DNA of 64,000 nucleotides from a phage: NCBI GenBank assembly GCA_023732985.1, contig GCA_023732985.1_3946.1; one strand, 5' to 3'. Shown piece by piece: positions 60,515 to 64,000 of this stretch (position 1 is its first letter; each line of letters starts with the position of its first letter). The notes under the pieces were generated by a model. It saw only the letters and a program-made list of their open reading frames with translations, ran no database searches and was not told where the DNA came from. The position numbers and the translations under genes were made by a program.

Positions 60515-60932
60515 AAGCTCTCCGAATAACCCTATTAAGCATCTCTAAAGTCAGCTTTCCAGATTCTAAATGTGGCATAACAAGCTTTAAAGCTTTTTCA
60601 ACATCATGCACAACATCTATTATACCTTCTGCATAGGCTTCCACAAGGATATCTTTTACGTTTTGTGGATTACCTTTTTGTGGTATCACTAGACGCATAT
60701 CAAACTCATTTGCTTGAGGATGGTTCTTACCACGCCAGAAACCGTCCTTATCAAAGCTTATAAAGTTATCCTCATTAAAATTAATACCACAAACCTCAAA
60801 TTTGTCTAGCACTATGCAGTTGAGAGGATAAAAATCACTCATATCACTAATTCCAAGAAACTTAACAGTAGCTATATAACTCTGTGTCTTTGCATCTACA
60901 ATGTCAAGCTCTTTACCTACATGCTCTTTCAT
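60504..60932 (-). CDS. hypothetical protein
   Basis: 142 aa ORF. Confidence 0.4.
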   Translation of the reverse strand: MKEHVGKELDIVDAKTQSYIATVKFLGISDMSDFYPLNCIVLDKFEVCGINFNEDNFISFDKDGFWRGKNHPQANEFDMRLVIPQKGNPQNVKDILVEAYAEGIIDVVHDVEKALKLVMPHLESGKLTLEMLNRVIRRAYES

Positions 60933-60985
60933 TTCGCTACCTTCTAAGTTCCTACAAAGGGGCTATCAAGTAACCCCTCAAGTTA

Positions 60986-61210
60986 TTACTCAGACTTTTC
61001 AGTCTTCTTGTCGGATTTCTTACTAGTCTTCTTCTCAGCTTTCTGCTCAGGTTCCTTCTCAGAAGTTGACTTGATAACCATATCAAGAAGTTCTGATAAG
61101 TCACTCTTCAGCAAAGTAACAGGCTGCTCATTATAGAAGTTTTTGTCAAGATAAACTTTAAACTCTTCTATAGAAGGAAATCCAAAAATTGGTACAGGTG
61201 TCTTAATCAT
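60986..61210 (-). CDS. hypothetical protein with lysine-rich C-terminus
   Basis: 74 aa ORF. Confidence 0.35.
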   Translation of the reverse strand: MIKTPVPIFGFPSIEEFKVYLDKNFYNEQPVTLLKSDLSELLDMVIKSTSEKEPEQKAEKKTSKKSDKKTEKSE

Positions 61211-61286
61211 TACTTAGTTTCTCCATAGGCATCTCTTAAGATTGCCTTGTTAATCATTTCAGCGATTGCAAAACGAACACATACAG

Positions 61287-61820
61287 CTATAATTGTAGGT
61301 TGCATTCTTTACTTACCTCTTCAAGTTTAACCTCAGAGTCCTTAAGTCGTTTCTTATGAACTCTGAACCTCATTAGTGAGATGATGATACCAGCTAAAGG
61401 AACAGTATACAAGTACCAAACATCATATACCTTTGCAGTAATCTGTGTAATGGTCAAGTCTTGAGCTATGGAACTGATTGCTGATACTGCCAGTAATGTT
61501 GCTAAGAAAAATGCCAGTACCATTACCGTACTTAAACAACCTCTGGCATGGTGTTCATGCTTAATGCACTTATTCTTTTCGTCAACAACCCTGTTGTAGT
61601 CGTTTGTAAAGTCTCTGTAGAAAGCTTTCAAGTATTCTTTATTGTAGCCTTCAAAGCAACCTGTACCATACCAATAATCACCACCGAAATGTGCTATGAT
61701 ACCAGTTTCTCCGTTTGGTTTAGTTACTCTCAAAGATGTGTGATGACGAGTATCTTGATAGTCTATTTTGTATCTTTCTTCGTAAATCATTTTCCAACCC
61801 CTCTCAATCGTTTGTTCCAC
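61287..61820 (-). CDS. hypothetical membrane protein
   Basis: Two hydrophobic segments in C-terminal half (VMVLAFFLATLLAVSAI, VPLAGIIISLM). Confidence 0.4.
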   Translation of the reverse strand: MEQTIERGWKMIYEERYKIDYQDTRHHTSLRVTKPNGETGIIAHFGGDYWYGTGCFEGYNKEYLKAFYRDFTNDYNRVVDEKNKCIKHEHHARGCLSTVMVLAFFLATLLAVSAISSIAQDLTITQITAKVYDVWYLYTVPLAGIIISLMRFRVHKKRLKDSEVKLEEVSKECNLQL

Positions 61821-62005
61821 TCAAGGTCAACAAGTCTTTGTAGGACTTTCCCTCTAGGTGTTACACCTTTTAAATCCGCATCGTAACAATGGTAAAAGTC
61901 ACCTTCAGCGTGTTTACCATAGCATTTCCTGATATTCTGACTTCTACGATACTGCTCTAGTAGGGATAGTCTGTAGTAATCTTCAACTGTAGTTAGTTTT
62001 TTCAT
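61787..62005 (-). CDS. hypothetical protein
   Basis: 72 aa ORF. Confidence 0.3.
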   Translation of the reverse strand: MKKLTTVEDYYRLSLLEQYRRSQNIRKCYGKHAEGDFYHCYDADLKGVTPRGKVLQRLVDLEWNKRLRGVGK

Positions 62006-62089
62006 TCTTTCACCACGAATCCTTTTAAGAAACTAAAAAAGGGAACTACCTCTCGATAGCTCCCATCATAGTTAACATTGTATACTCGG

Positions 62090-62671
62090 TCAAGAGTATT
62101 TTTTAGGCAGTAATGCACTACGCTTGTTGCTCTCTTCGCTCAATAGTGCGATAAACTCATCACCTTTCCCTTTCCACGGGCTGAATGTAGGGATGTGCTC
62201 TCTGATAGCCTCAATCACTGTTTTCAGGGCGTTGTTCTTTAACCACCAATCAGACACTGCCGAAGCTACAATATAGTAAGCACCGTCATCTGTGAAGATT
62301 GGCTCAGAGATACATGGTGAAATCATAGTGGTAATGATAGAGCCATTATTCATGTAGTATGTTCTTTTTTCAACCTTGTCAAGAAGTTTATGAAGGTCTG
62401 CAAAGAGACTTACCACCTCTTTATGGTCAATATCCTTTTCAAGACTTGCCCTGTATTTCAATAGTGCAGCATCAACCTCTTTATCATTGAATTTGAAGTA
62501 TTGGACTTCTTCATTCACACATACACTGATATTGTTGGTGTTTATCGTCAATTTGCACAGTTTGACTGGAGAGTTGATGTTGGTCTGGAAAAGTGCTACA
62601 CAGCCTTCTACATTTCCGAAATGTTTTACTAATGTAACTTCTGGTTGGATATGCTCATGTTCTTCTGACAT
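62090..62671 (-). CDS. hypothetical protein
   Basis: 193 aa ORF. Confidence 0.4.
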   Translation of the reverse strand: MSEEHEHIQPEVTLVKHFGNVEGCVALFQTNINSPVKLCKLTINTNNISVCVNEEVQYFKFNDKEVDAALLKYRASLEKDIDHKEVVSLFADLHKLLDKVEKRTYYMNNGSIITTMISPCISEPIFTDDGAYYIVASAVSDWWLKNNALKTVIEAIREHIPTFSPWKGKGDEFIALLSEESNKRSALLPKKYS

Positions 62672-63015
62672 TACAGTTTCCTCATTAAATACTTTTTAAG
62701 TTGTGTGTTAGGTTTCTCAAAAACTTCTATAGAAGATATCTTAACAGACTCACCACGCATACCAGTATGTTTGAATATGTAGTACTCTAACATACCTATG
62801 TACTTTGCTGGTAAGTCATGCTTGACATATACCGTCACAGAATCTTCAAATTCAACAACCTTTGTACCATCTTTGTAGTTAAACTCTTTAGGATGGTTGT
62901 AGTTGTCTATATCGTACATTAAAAAGAGTCTTTTACGTTGTAAGTCAAGCTTATTTGTTAAAGACTCTTTAATATCTGAGAAGTTTTTGTACACTGTGAC
63001 ATGGAGCTTACTCAT
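62671..63015 (-). CDS. hypothetical protein
   Basis: 114 aa ORF. Confidence 0.4.
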   Translation of the reverse strand: MSKLHVTVYKNFSDIKESLTNKLDLQRKRLFLMYDIDNYNHPKEFNYKDGTKVVEFEDSVTVYVKHDLPAKYIGMLEYYIFKHTGMRGESVKISSIEVFEKPNTQLKKYLMRKL

Positions 63016-63301
63016 CGTTAAACTCTCTGACGAAGAAATAGTTGACTTTGTTATTACCTACCATAAGGTCAAAGCAGGTATTTTCAAAAGGTTTGTTGTA
63101 GGCATCGTATGAAATATATGGGTCAGCTACTTGCTTAGTGCTTAACTTCTTACTTGATGGATTTAAGAGGCCACCATACAGCTTCTTGATAGCCTCTTCT
63201 ACAACAGACCAGATAATTTCGTCAGTAATTTCTTCGTACAGGTCAAGTTCACGCTCTAGTGAGAAGTCACAAATAGGGAAAACAACCTGTACTTTACTCA
63301 T
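63008..63301 (-). CDS. hypothetical protein
   Basis: 97 aa ORF. Confidence 0.4.
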   Translation of the reverse strand: MSKVQVVFPICDFSLERELDLYEEITDEIIWSVVEEAIKKLYGGLLNPSSKKLSTKQVADPYISYDAYNKPFENTCFDLMVGNNKVNYFFVREFNDE

Positions 63302-63699
63302 TAACGAATAACCTGTGAAACTTGAATTGCTTCAGTTACAGACAAATCACCAACTTTCTCTTCTTTGATGAAAGTAAAGGTGAGTTCAACAGGTTCTTGC
63401 TCTTCTTGCTCAACTGGAACACCATTAAGCTCATCAAAGATTGATTGGGTTGTCCAATCTTCACCACCATCTGGGTAGTGGATTGCGTAAAGAGGGAACT
63501 CCCTGTCAAACCAACCAAATACAGGACAACCATCTTCATCATCTCGTACTCGATGAAGTGTGCTTCCAGACCCTGTAAACTGAAGGAATAAATCTCCGTT
63601 GCACTTGTATATTACTGCATCGGCAAAACCTATATCTTCTCGACCATCATGGCCAAACGTGTCAACTTTTACTTGGATATCTCTAACATCTTTATTCAT
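63301..63699 (-). CDS. hypothetical acidic protein
   Basis: 132 aa ORF. Confidence 0.4.
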   Translation of the reverse strand: MNKDVRDIQVKVDTFGHDGREDIGFADAVIYKCNGDLFLQFTGSGSTLHRVRDDEDGCPVFGWFDREFPLYAIHYPDGGEDWTTQSIFDELNGVPVEQEEQEPVELTFTFIKEEKVGDLSVTEAIQVSQVIR

Positions 63700-63991
63700 A
63701 AAAACCTCTCTCTGCTTGTTCGATTTTTGCTCTTAAAGTTTCGCAATGATGTAGATGGTAGTTAGCTTCTTGTTCATGTGTTGCTAACTGCCTTTCCAGA
63801 ACAGTTTTATAGTAACCTGCAAGTTGCTCTTTTGTCAATGGGTGCTCTGAAATAATATCAAGTCCACTTTCACCAAGAGGGTTGAATTGTCCATGTTCAT
63901 TGACATTGTAAGTCTCAAACTTGAACAGGCCATTGTTCACAGACTCAATAGGTGACAGTTCAACAAGTTCTACAGTAAACCGTGTATACAC
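63692..63991 (-). CDS. hypothetical protein
   Basis: 99 aa ORF near window edge. Confidence 0.35.
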   Translation of the reverse strand: MYTRFTVELVELSPIESVNNGLFKFETYNVNEHGQFNPLGESGLDIISEHPLTKEQLAGYYKTVLERQLATHEQEANYHLHHCETLRAKIEQAERGFYE

Positions 63992-64000
63992 CTTGTCACC

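Overview
This window reads as a ~64 kb stretch of a virulent, low-GC tailed phage with a contractile-tail baseplate and tail-fibre module, not a bacterial chromosome. The gene content resembles Felix O1-like myoviruses, but that is an inference from gene content alone, with no search run. Layout: (1) 0.1-8.9 kb, plus strand, baseplate and two paralogous His-x-His-rich tail fibres; (2) 9.5-20.7 kb, minus strand, thymidylate synthase, DHFR, DNA ligase, an HNH-AP2 homing endonuclease and a family A DNA polymerase, interrupted by two large ORF-free regions with repeated structured modules; (3) 21-50.9 kb, plus strand, dNMP kinase, primase-helicase, SSB, 5'-3' exonuclease, aerobic and anaerobic ribonucleotide reductases, a PRPP-synthetase-like plus NAMPT-like pair, rIIA/rIIB-like genes, a candidate spanin pair and a macro-domain protein; (4) 51.3-57.8 kb, plus strand, 16 small ORFs of which 13 are preceded by an almost identical promoter / stem-loop / ribosome-binding-site cassette; (5) 57.85-59.49 kb, a ~1.6 kb ORF-free region packed with short iterons; (6) 59.5-64 kb, minus strand, small unknown genes. 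No tRNA, rRNA or CRISPR array was recognised. The most likely candidates for something undescribed are the cassette array, the iteron region and the covarying hairpin modules at 13-15 kb. All coordinates were counted by hand, and all protein calls rest on motifs read by eye from the supplied translations.
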